A stretch of DNA of 64,000 nucleotides from Anaeramoeba ignava BMAN (taxonomy: Eukaryota; Protista; Anaeramoebae), in the NCBI GenBank assembly GCA_028826165.1, contig JAPDFW010000120.1:105208-169207 (forward strand), written 5' to 3'. Below the pieces are notes generated by a model that ran no database searches, had not been told where the DNA came from, and was given only the letters and a program-made list of their open reading frames with translations. The translations under genes were made by a program, and so were the position numbers. Positions 13,429 to 25,579 of the stretch are shown here, piece after piece. Positions within the stretch are counted from its first letter, which is position 1. Every line of letters starts with the position of its first letter.

Positions 13429-13702
13429 AAAAAAAAAGCAAATTTTTTTTTTAATTTTAAAAAATAAAAACAAAAAAAAATTTTTTCTAATTGTTGACTT
13501 ATTTTTAATTTTAAAATTAAAATTAAAATTTAAAATTAAAATTAATATTTATTTTATTTTAAATTGTTTTATTCTTTTAAGAGAATGAGTAAGAAAGTAA
13601 AAAAATTTTTTTTTTAATTTAATGTTAAAAAGAAAAAATTTTTTTTAAAACAAAAAAAGATCATTTTTTATTTTTATTTTTTTATATTAAAAAGAAATAA
13701 AA

Positions 13703-16453
13703 ATGATTTATTTAGTTAATTTTATTAAAAGTTTAAAAGAAATTTTAAAAATTGAAACAGTTTTAAAGTATGTATTTAATTTTTATTTTTAATTTTTATT
13801 TTTATTGATCAAAAATATTAATTAAAATTAAAAAATAGAAAATGGTTAAAAGATTACTTAAACAAAATTGTTCTCCTTCTTTCATTTAATATTCTAGTTT
13901 TTATTTTCTTTTTTACAATCAAAAAAACTAATTTTGGTTTTTATCATCAATTCTTCATTTTTTTATCAACAAGATTCTTAATTCCAATCATTTTTATATT
14001 ATGGGAATTAACTTCATTTAAAATTGAAAACTTTCATTTACCAAAAAATATTAAAATAAGAAGAAAAACACTTTCAATTTCAAAAAATCCTTTGTTTTAT
14101 ATCTTTTTCTTCTTTTTTCTCATTTCATTCCTTTTTATTTTGGTTTTATTATCAATTTCATCTCAATATTTAATAACTTCAATATTTCCTTCTCAATCTT
14201 TTTTTGCAAATGAATTTAATTCCAAAGAATTAATCAAAGGATATGGAATTTTTATAATTGTGATTTTAATAAGTTTAATTTATTATTCAGAAGAATATAT
14301 TTTGATTAAAAATATTTATCAACCTCTTGAAAAATTAGAATTATTTGATTTAATTTCCAAAAAAGAATTATCGAAAAAAGGATTTCAAGCTCCTTTAGCA
14401 ATTTTATTAACTGCTTTGATTAGTTCAATTTATCAAATTCCATTTATTTATTCACAAATGGGAGGAATTTATGGAAATCGAATCAATTATTTTTTCAAAT
14501 GGATTGGAATGGAATTTTTTATTCAAATGTTATCAACAAAAATTTATTCAACTACTTTTAATTTTGGATTTGCAGCTTTAACAAGAAGTTTAACTCCAAT
14601 TCTTTTTAAGATTCCTGAAACAATTTTCGCAAATCAAAATTTCATTTTTAATTATATTTGGCTTTTAATAGGATATTTATTCATTTACAAAAATCAAAAT
14701 TTTGAAAAAGAAAATGAAAATGAAAGATATCAATGAAGATGGAAAAAGAAATCAAATTCAAATTCAAGTCCAAATTGAAAAAGAAAAAGAAATTGAAATT
14801 GAAAAAGAAATTGAAAATGAAAATGAAATTCAAAATGAAATTGATAATGATAGCAATACTAGAAAAAGAAATCAAAATAATGAAAATAATAATTTAGAAA
14901 ATTCAGATTCAAATCCAAATTCAAATAACAAAACAATATCATTTAGTTTTTCTAACAAAATATTAAATGAAAAATTTATTGTTATTTTCACACTAATTTC
15001 TATTACTTTATTTTGGATTTTGATATTTAAAACAAATCAAATTAAACCTGAAATTGAAATTGATATATGGGAGAAACCAGATGATAAAGAAATTGGAGGA
15101 TGTTATTCAAAAAATATCATGAAAATTGAAAATGATAAACTATTTTTTATAAATTGTGAAGGTTTTGCAAATTTTACAATTATTGAAGATTATCCAGAAT
15201 ATAAAGAAACAAGTTATAATTATTCAAATCCATTTGATCTTGAACACATTTCAATTGAAAATCGAATTATTGGAGAATGTAGAATACCATTTATACCAGG
15301 ATATCAAAAAGAAGTTATAACATATATTCATCCTAAAATATTTGAAAGAGCAATTTCAAGAAATGAGAAAAGATGTATTATCAATCAAATTAATCAAGAA
15401 AATGAAAATGAAAATTTGAATAAATATCCAAATTGTATTCCTCATAAATCAATCCAAAACAAAAAAATTGAAGAATATGAAATCAAACCAAATATTGTAT
15501 TTCTTCTTTTTGATGCAGCAAGTACACCTATATATGAAAAAAGTCTAACAAAAACAATATCAACTATTGAAGAATTAGAAAATAAAAAAAAGAAAATCAA
15601 ATCATTTTCATTTCCAGGATATCGAATAGTTGGATTGAATTCATATGTAAATCAACATCCAATGTATTGTGGGAAAAAACAAGAAATTATGGAATCACCT
15701 TATTCAGATTCATTTCTTTGGAATATTTTTACAAAAAAAGGATATTTCACAACTTTTATTGATCAACTTTGTTCTGGTTATTATCAATGGGTTTGGAGAG
15801 TAGAACCTGAAATGAGCTTAGATGCTTGTCCATTTGATTATAGATTCTATCGTCATTTTTGTGGTCCTGATTGGGATGCTTTTGAAAATAATCACCCACA
15901 TTGTCTTTATGGGAATTATGGTTATCAATATAATTTAAATGCAACTTATGATTTACTCAATAATCCAAAATATATTGAAATTCCTAAATTTATCATTTCA
16001 AATTTTTATGAATCTCATGAACCTTCTCAAAAAGTTTTCAAAACTGTTGATAAAGATGTATCAAGTTTTTTAAAGGATATCTATTCCAAAAGTATTGGTG
16101 ATTATACTATTATTGTTATACTTTCAGATCATGGACCACATTATGGATATTACAAACAATTTTATCATAAATATCCACTTTTTAATATTATTTTCCCAAA
16201 CAAATTCTTTGAAAAATTTCCAAATTTAAAAACAATTTTAAAAAGAAATGAACATAATATTTTTTCAGCTTATGATATTTATTCTAGTTTTGTTCATTTA
16301 ATTAATAATTTTGAAAGTTATGATAAAAAAACCACTCATCAAAGTTTATTTGATCCAGAAATGATTCCAAATCGAAGTTGTGATGAAGTTTGTTTATTAG
16401 AAAATTTTAATGAAGAAGATCATAATTATTATTGTGAAAATTGGTTTAGATAA
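13703..16453 (+). CDS. Membrane DUF229/sulfatase-like protein, paralogue 2 (one intron; frameshifts incl. ~14730)
   Basis: Clearly homologous to paralogue 1 (EEYILIKNIYQPLEKLELFD, LFDAAS, YESHE, SDHG, CENWFR). Confidence 0.75.
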
Positions 16454-16544
16454 AAGAAAAAAAAGAAAGAATGAATGTTTCCTAATTTTGTTTTAAAATT
16501 GAAAATATTTTTTTTCATTTTTTTCATTTTTTTCTTTTTTAAAA

Positions 16545-18312
16545 ATGAATGAAATTTTATTTTTTGGTCAAAATCAATTTCCAAAACTTATCAAAAAAAA
16601 AACAAATAAAATAACAAAATCCAATTCAATTTAAATTTGAAAATGAAAATGAAAATAAAAAACAAATTAAACAAATTTCATCAGGTTATTTCTGAACAAT
16701 TTTCCTTTTTAAAAATGGAAAAGCAATAGAATATTTAAATGAAAAATATTTACCTGATTCAAAACAAAATCCTTCAAAAATCCAAATTGAAGAAAATATT
16801 CAAAAAGTAACTGTTGGTTCTTTAAATGAAGCTATTTTAACAATAGAAGGAAATGTAAATGCCAAAGGAGAAGATATCAGTTCAGAAAATCCAAATGAAT
16901 TTATCAATATTTCATCATTAATTGAAGATACAAATGATAGAGTAATTCAAGATATTGTTTCTGGTGCTTATTCAATTTACTTATTAACTTCAAATCAAAA
17001 TGTTTATGGAATTGGTTCAAATCATTATGGTGAACTTGGTTTTGATTCTGAAGCACTTGAAAAAACAGAAAAACCAATTTTAATGATGAAAAATGTTTCT
17101 AAAATATTTTCAGGAATTGATTCATATTCTGTTTTTCTTTTAAATTCAAATCATGAATTATTTTGTTGTGGATATAATGGACATGGTCGACTTGGATTAG
17201 GAGAATCAAGAAAAGAAGAAACAAAAATCCAAAAATTAACCAAAATCCAAAATATTCCAAAAGGCAAAATAATTGATATTCAATGTGGATTTTATTATTC
17301 AATAATGTTGATTGAACAAGAAGATGAAAATCCAAAAAGAAAACTTTATTCATGTGGGAGATATAGATTCAATGGACTTGGCAAAAATAAAAATACTTAT
17401 GAATTTACTGAAATCAAATTATTTTTATTTGAAAATGATAATATTCTTGATTTTTCTTGTGGAGGTTATCATACTTTGATTTTAACTTCCAAAGGTAAAT
17501 TGATAGGATTTGGAAATAATAATTTTGCTCAATTGGGACATCAATCTACAAAATTTAACCCAATTCCAACTCAATTTGAACTTCCTAAATTAAGATTTAA
17601 TGAAAATATTTCTAATTATCATATTTCTTGTGGAATGTTTAAATCATTTCTTTATTATTCTCCTTCTTTTTCCAATCTTGAAGAAGATTTGATAAAATTA
17701 TTTAGAAGAAAAGAATTTTGTGATATTTCATTTAAAACCGAAAATGGAGAAATAATCAAAGCTCATAAATTAATATTGAAATATAGATTAAATCAAAATC
17801 AAAATGAAATTGAAATTGAAAAACTTCAAAAAATTATTTCAAATAAATCAATTAAAGAATCAATTCAAATATTTGAAATGATTTATTCAAATAATTCCAA
17901 TATAAATCCAAAATTATATTATGAAATTAAAGAAATTATAAATCCAAATGAAAGAATAGAAGAAACAATGAAAAGAATTTATTTAAATGAAAATGAAAAA
18001 GATTTTATAATTGAAAGAAAAGAAAAACAATATAAATTTCCTAAATTAATATTAATAATGAGAAGTGAATTATATCGAGGGATGTTTTTATCTGTAACAG
18101 AAGATAAATCAAATAAAGTTACAGATTATAGTGAATTAAGTAATAAATCATTTCAAATATTTGAATATTGGATTTATTCAAATCAAATTAAAGATGAAAT
18201 TCAAATTACACAAGAAATAATTGATGAACTTAAAATTGGAATTGATTATTTTCAATTAAATCAAACAAATCCAAATTTATTTGATTTATTAATTAACAAA
18301 TTTAATTATTAA
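16545..18312 (+). pseudogene. RCC1-repeat + BTB protein, copy 1 (frameshift ~16617, in-frame TGA 16693)
   Basis: Aligns end to end with intact copy 3; two lesions upstream of ORF 17083-18312. Confidence 0.7.
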
Positions 18313-18795
18313 AATTAAAATTAAAATTAAAATTAAAATCAAAATTAAATCAAAATTCATAAATAAAATTAAATTTAAAATTAAAATTAAAATTAAAATT
18401 CATAAATAAAATTAAAATTAAAATTAAAATTAAAATTAAAATTAAAATTAAAATTAAAAATTAAAATTAAAATTAAAATTAAAATTAAAATTAAAATTAC
18501 AATTAATATTAAAATCAAAATTCTGAATTAAAATTAAAACTAAAATTAAAATCAAAATTAAAATCAAAATTTAAATTAAATTTAAAATTAAAATTAAAAT
18601 TAAAATTAAAATTAAAATTAAAATTAAAATTAAAATTAAAATTAAAATTAAAATTATAATCAAAATTAAAATCAAAATTAAAATTCATAAATAAAATTAA
18701 ATTCAAAATTAAAATTAAAATTTAAATTAAAATTAAAATTAAAATTAAAATTAAAATTAAAATTAAATTCAAAATTAAAATTAAATTCAAAATTA
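18313..18795. repeat. (AAAATT)n spacer between RCC1-BTB copies; similar spacers at 20609-20950, 22756-23480, 25285-25500 and 27175-27480
   Basis: Direct reading. Confidence 0.9.
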
Positions 18796-18831
18796 GAATT
18801 TCATTTTTTTCATTTTTTTTCTTTTTTAAAA

Positions 18832-20608
18832 ATGAATGAAATTTTATTTTTTGGTGAAAATCAATTTCCAAAACTTATCAAAAAAAAAACAAATAAAATA
18901 ACAAATCCAATTCAATTTAAATTTGAAAATGAAAATGAAAATAAAAATAAAAAACAAATTAAACAAATTTCATCAGGAAGTTATGCAACAATTTTCCTTT
19001 TTAAAAATGGAAAAGCAATAGAATATTTAAACAAAGATGATTCAAATCAAAATCCTGAAAAAATCCAAATTGAAGAAAATATTCAAAAAGTAACTGTTGG
19101 TTCTTTAAATGAAGCTATTTTAACAAAAGAAGGAAATATATTTGCAAAAGGGGAAAATATTAATCCAGAAAATCCATATGAATTTATCAATATTTCATCA
19201 TTAATTGAAGATACAAATGATAGAATAATTCAAGATATTGTTTCTGGTGCTTATTCAATTTACTTATTAACTACAAATAAAAATGTTTATGGAATTGGTT
19301 CAAATCATTATGGTCAACTTGGTTTTGATTCTAAAACACTTGAAAAAACAGAAGAACCAATTTTGATGATGAAAAATGTTTCTAAAATATTTTCAGAAAT
19401 TGATTCAAATTCTGTTTTTCTTTTAAATTCAAATCAAGAATTATTTGGATGTGGTTCTAATTCACGTGGTCAACTTGGATTAGGAGAATCAAGAAAAAAA
19501 GAAAAAAAAATCCAAAAATTAACCAAAATCCAAAATATTCCAAAAGGCAAAATAATTGATATTAAATGTGGTTTCATTCATTCAATAATGTTGATTGAAC
19601 AAGAAAATCAAAATCCAAAAAGAAAACTTTATTCATGTGGGAATTATCAATTTAATGGACTTGGCAAAAATAAAAATACTTATGAATTTACTGAAATCAA
19701 ATCATCTTTATTTAAAAATGATGATAATATTCTTGAAATTTCTGTTGGAAGTTATCATACTTTGATTTTAACTTCCAAAGGGAAACTGATAGGATTTGGA
19801 AATAATGATTATGCTCAATTAGGAACTTCTTATACAAAATTTAAACCAATTCCAACTCAAATTAAACTTCCTAAATTAAGATTTAATGAAGATATTTCCA
19901 ATTATCATATTTCTTGTGGAATGTTTAATTCATTTCTTTATTATTATCCTCTTTCTTTTTCCAATCTTGAAGAAGATTTGATAAAATTATTTAGAAGAAA
20001 AGAATTTTGTGATATTTCATTTAAAACAAAAAATGGAGAAATAATCAGAAGCTCATAAATTAATATTGAAATATAGATTAAATCAAAATCAAATTGAAAT
20101 TGAAATTGAAAAACTTAAAGAAATTATTTCAAATAAATCAATTAAAGAATCAAATCAAATATTTGAAATGATTTATTCAAATAATTCCAATATAAATCCA
20201 AAATTATATTCTGAAATTAAAGAAATTATAAATCCAAATGAAAAAATTGAAGAAACAATGAAAAGAATTTATTTAAATGAAAATGAAAATGAAAAAGATT
20301 TTATAATTGAAAGAAAAGAAAAACAATATAAATTTCCTAAATTAATATTAATAATGAGAAGTGAATTATATCGAGGGATGTTTTTATCTGTAACTGAAGA
20401 TAAATCAAATAAAGTTACAGATTATAGTGAATTAAGTAATAAATCATTTCAAATATTTGAATATTGGATTTATTCAAATCAAATTAAAGATGAAATTCAA
20501 ATTACACAAGAAATCATTGATGAACTTCAAATTGGAATTGATTATTTTCAATTAAATCAAACAAATCCAAATTTATTTGATTTATTAATTAAGAAATTTA
20601 ATTATTAA
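18832..20608 (+). CDS. RCC1-repeat + BTB protein, copy 2 (single frameshift ~20047, possibly an assembly error)
   Basis: RCC1 motifs GxNxxGQLG and CGxxHS/T, followed by CDISF...AHKLIL and RSELYRGMF (BTB). Confidence 0.85.
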
Positions 20609-20985
20609 AATTAAAATTAAAATTAAAATCAAAATTAAAATTAAAATTAAAATTAAAATTAAAATTAAAATCAAATTAAAATTCAAAATTAAAATTAAAA
20701 TTAAAATTAAAATCAAAATCAAAATTAAAATTAAAATTTAAATTAAAATTAAAATTAAAATTAAAATTAAAATCAAAATTAAAATTAAAATTAAAATTAA
20801 AATTAAAATTAAAATTAAAATTAAAATTAAAATTAAAATTAAAATTAAAATTAAAATTAAAATCAAAATTAAAATCAAAATTAAAATTATAATTAAAATT
20901 AAATTCAAAATTAAAATTAAATTCAAAATTAAAATTAAATTCAAAATTAAAATTTCATTTTTTTCATTTTTTTTCTTTTTTAAAA

Positions 20986-22755
20986 ATGAATGAAATTTTA
21001 TTTTTTGGAAGAAATCAATTTCCAAGTCTTTTCAAAAATAAACCAAATAAAATAACAAATCCAATTCAATTTAAATTTGAAAATGAAAATGAAAATAAAA
21101 ATAAAAAACAAATTAAACAAATTTCATCAGGAAATTATTCAACAATTTTCCTTTTTAAAAATGGAAAAGCAATAGAATATTTAAATGAAAAATATTCAAA
21201 ACAAAATCCTTCAAAAATCCAAATTGAAGAAAATATTCAAAAAGTAACTGTTGGTTCTTCAAATGAAGCTATTTTAACAAAAGAAGGAAATATATTTGCA
21301 AAAGGATATAATATTAATCCAGAAAATCCATATGAATTTATCAATATTTCATCATTAATTGAAGATACAAATGATAGAGTAATTCAAGATATTGTTTCTG
21401 GTGCTCATTCAATTTACTTATTAACTTCAAATCAAAATGTTTATGGAATTGGTTCAAATCAATATGGTGAACTTGGTTTTGATTTTGAAGCACTTGAAAA
21501 AACAGAAGAACCAATTTTAATGATGAAAAATGTTTCTAAAATATTTTCAGGAAATTCTTCAAAAAATATTTTTCTTTTAAATTCAAATCAAGAATTATTT
21601 GGATGTGGTTCTAATTCATATGCTCAACTTGGATTAGGAGAATCAAGAAAAGAAGAAACAAAAATCCAAAAATTAACCAAAATCCAAAATATTCCAAAAG
21701 GCAAAATAATTGATATTCAATGTGGAGACAATCATTCAATAATGTTAATTGAACAAGAAGATGAAAATCCAAAAAGAAAACTTTATTCATGTGGGAGATG
21801 TGGATTCAATGGACTTGGCAAAGGTGAAAATACTTACGAATTTACTGAAATCAAATCATCTTTATTTGAAAATGATAATGATAATATTATTGATTTTTCT
21901 TGTGGAGGTTATCATACTTTGATTTTAACTTCCAAAGAGAAATTGATAGGATTTGGAAATAATAATTTTGCTCAATTAGGAACTTCTTATACAAAATTTA
22001 AATCAATTCCAACTCAAATTGAAATTCCTAAATTAAGATTTAATGAAAATATTTCCAATTATCATATTTCTTGTGGATATTTCAATTCATTTCTTTATTA
22101 TTCTCTTTCTTTTTCCAATCTTGAAGAAGATTTGATAAAATTATTTAGAAGAAAAGAATTTTGTAATATTTCATTTAAAACCAAAAATGGAGAAATAATT
22201 GAAGCTCATAAATTAATATTGAAATATAGATTAAATGAAAATGAAAATGAAATTGAAAAACTTAAAGAAATTATTTCAAATAAATCAATTAAAGAATCAA
22301 ATCAAATATTTGAAATGATTTATTCAAATAATTCCAATATAAATCCAAAATTATATTCTGAAATTAAAGAAATTATAAATTCAAATGAAAAAATTGAAGA
22401 AACAATGAAAAGAATTTATTTAAATGAAAATGAAAATGAAAATGATTTTATAATTGAAAGAAAAGAAAAACAATATAAATTTCCTAAATTAATATTAATA
22501 ATGAGAAGTGAATTATATCGAGGGATGTTTTTATCTGTTACAAATGATAAATCTAATAAAGTTACAGATTATAGTGAATTAAGTAATAAATCATTTCAAA
22601 TATTTGAATATTGGATTTATTCAAATCAAATTAAAGATGAAATTCAAATTACACAAGAAATAATTGATGAAATTGAAACTGGAATTGATTATTTTCAATT
22701 AAATCAAACAAATCCAAATTTATTTGATTTATTAATTAATAAATTTAATAATTAA
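20986..22755 (+). CDS. RCC1-repeat + tandem BTB protein, copy 3 (intact, intronless, 589 aa)
   Basis: Full ORF with RCC1 blades and BTB motifs. Confidence 0.92.
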   Translation: MNEILFFGRNQFPSLFKNKPNKITNPIQFKFENENENKNKKQIKQISSGNYSTIFLFKNGKAIEYLNEKYSKQNPSKIQIEENIQKVTVGSSNEAILTKEGNIFAKGYNINPENPYEFINISSLIEDTNDRVIQDIVSGAHSIYLLTSNQNVYGIGSNQYGELGFDFEALEKTEEPILMMKNVSKIFSGNSSKNIFLLNSNQELFGCGSNSYAQLGLGESRKEETKIQKLTKIQNIPKGKIIDIQCGDNHSIMLIEQEDENPKRKLYSCGRCGFNGLGKGENTYEFTEIKSSLFENDNDNIIDFSCGGYHTLILTSKEKLIGFGNNNFAQLGTSYTKFKSIPTQIEIPKLRFNENISNYHISCGYFNSFLYYSLSFSNLEEDLIKLFRRKEFCNISFKTKNGEIIEAHKLILKYRLNENENEIEKLKEIISNKSIKESNQIFEMIYSNNSNINPKLYSEIKEIINSNEKIEETMKRIYLNENENENDFIIERKEKQYKFPKLILIMRSELYRGMFLSVTNDKSNKVTDYSELSNKSFQIFEYWIYSNQIKDEIQITQEIIDEIETGIDYFQLNQTNPNLFDLLINKFNN

Positions 22756-23516
22756 AATTAAAATCAAAATTAAAATTAAAATCTAAAATTCAAATTAAAA
22801 TCAAAATTAAAATTAAAATTAAAATCAAAATTTAAATCAAAATCAAAATTAAAATCAAAATTAAAATTAAAATTAAAATTTAAATTAAAATTAAAATTAA
22901 AATTTAAATTAAAATTAAAATCAAAATTAAAATTAAAATTAAATTCCAAATTAAAAATAAAATCAAAATTCATAAATAAAATTAAAATTAAAATTAAAAT
23001 TAAAATTTAAATTAAAATTAAAATTCAAATTAAAATTAAAATTAAAATTAAAATTAAAATCAAAATCAAAATTAAAATCAAAATCAAAATTAAAATCAAA
23101 ATTAAAATTAAAATTCAAAATTAAAATTAAAATTAAAATCAAAATTAAAATTAAAATTAATATTAAAATCAAAATTTAAAATCAAAATTAAAATCAAAAT
23201 TCTGAATTAAAATTAAAACTAAAATTAAAATCAAAATCAAAATTAAAATCAAAATTAAAATTAAAATTTAAATTCAAATTAAAATTAAAATTAAAATTAA
23301 AATTAAAATCAAAATTAAAATCAAAATTAAAATCAAAATTAAAATCAAAATCAAAATTAAAATTAAAATTAAAATTAAAATCAAAATTTAAAATTAAAAT
23401 CAAAATTAAAATTAAAATTAAAATTAAAATTAAAATTAAAATTAAAATTAAAATTAAAATCAAAATTAAAATTAAAATTAAAATTTCATTTTTTTCATTT
23501 TTTTTCTTTTTTAAAA

Positions 23517-25284
23517 ATGAATGAAATTTTATTTTTTGGAAGAAATCAATTTCCAAGTCTTTTCAAAAAAAAACCAAATAAAATAACAAATCCAATTCAA
23601 TTTAAATTTGAAAATGAAAATGAAAATAAAAATAAAAAACAAATTAAACAAATTTCATCAGGAAGTTATGCAACAATTTTCCTTTTTAAAAATGGAAAAG
23701 CAATAGAATATTTAAATAAAGATGATTCAAAACAAAATCCTTCAAAAATCCAAATTGAAAATATTCAAAAAGTAACTGTTGGTTCTTTAAATGAAGCTAT
23801 TTTAACAATAGAAGGAAATGTATTTGCAAAAGGATATAATATTAATCCAGAAAATCCATATGAATTTATCAATATTTCATCATTAATTGAAGATATAAAT
23901 GATAGAATAATTCAAGATATTGTTTCTGGTGCTTATTCAATTTACTTATTAACTTCAAATAAAAATGTTTATGGAATTGGTTCTAATTTATCTGGTCAAC
24001 TTGGTTTTGATTCTAAAGCACTTGAAAAAACAGAAGAACCAATTTTAATGATGAAAAATGTTTCTAAAATATTTTCAGGAATTGATTCATATTCTGTTTT
24101 TCTTTTAAATTCAAATCATGAATTATTTGGATGTGGTTCTAATTCATATGCTCAACTTGGATTAGGAGAATCAAGAAAAGAAGAAACAAAAATCCAAAAA
24201 TTAACCAAAATCCAAAATATTCCAAAAGGCAAAATAATTGATATTAAATGTGGTTTCATTCATTCAATAATGTTGATTGAAAATGAAAATCAAAATCAAA
24301 ATCAAAAAAGAAAACTTTATTCATGTGGAAGATATAGATCTAATGGACTTGGCAAAGAATATCAAAATACTTATGAATTTACTGAAATCAAATTATTTTT
24401 ATTTGAAAATGATAATATTCTTGAAATTTCTGTTGGAAGTTATCATACTTTGATTTTAACTTCCAAAGGGAAATTGATAGGATTTGGAAATAATGATTAT
24501 GCTCAATTAGGAACTTCTTATACAAAATTTAAATCAATTCCAATTCAAATTAAACTTCCTAAATTAAGATTTAATGAAAATATTTCCAATTATCATATTT
24601 CTTGTGGAATGTTTAAATCATTTCTTTATTATTCTCCTTCTTTTTCCAATCTTGAAGAAGATTTGATAAAATTATTTGAAAGAAAAGAATTTTGTGATAT
24701 TTCATTTAAAACCAAAAATGGAGAAATAATCAAAGCTCATAAATTAATATTGAAATATAGATTAAATCAAAATCAAATTGAAATTGAAAAACTTAAAGAA
24801 ATTATTTCAAAAAAATCAATTCAAAGAATCAAATCAAATATTTGAAATGATTTATTCAAACAAAATAATAAATCCAAAATTATATTCTGAAATTAAAGAA
24901 ATTATAAATCCAAATGAAAAAATTGAAGAAACAATGAAAAGAATTTATTTAAATGAAAATGAAAATGAAAAAGATTTTATAATTGAAAGAAAAGAAAAAC
25001 AATATAAATTTCCAAAATTAATATTAATAATGAGAAGTGAATTATATCGAGGGATGTTTTTATCTGTAACAGAAGATAAATCAAATAAAGTTACAGATTA
25101 TAGTGAATTAAGTAATGAATCATTTCAAATATTTGAATATTGGATTTATTCAAATCAAATTAAAGATGAAATTCAAATTACACAAGAAATAATTGATGAA
25201 CTTCAAATTGGAATTGATTATTTTCAATTAAATCAAACAAATCCAAATTTATTTGATTTATTAATTAACAAATTTGATAATTAA
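23517..25284 (+). CDS. RCC1-repeat + BTB protein, copy 4 (single frameshift ~24822)
   Basis: Two overlapping ORFs that together match copy 3. Confidence 0.85.
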
Positions 25285-25579
25285 AATTAAAATTAAAAAT
25301 TAAATTAAAAATTAAATCAAAATTCATAAATAAAATTAATATTAAAATCAAAATTCTGAATTAAAATTAAAATCAAAAATTAAAATTAAAATTAAAATTA
25401 AAATTAAAATTAATATTAAAATCAAAATTCTGAATTAAAATTAAAATCGAAATTAAAATTAAAATTAAAATTAAAATTAAATTTAAAATTAAAATTAAAT
25501 TCCAAATTTTTTTTCCTGTTTTTTTTTCCTGTTTTTTTTTTCATTTTTTTTCTAGTGATTCCAAAAAAAAAAGTAATAA

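Noticed and set aside
20040-24830. Programmed frameshifting in RCC1-BTB copies 2 and 4 and other genes
   Set aside because: The shifts fall at different positions in the paralogues. Similar indels hit conserved RPN12, so sequencing error is more likely.
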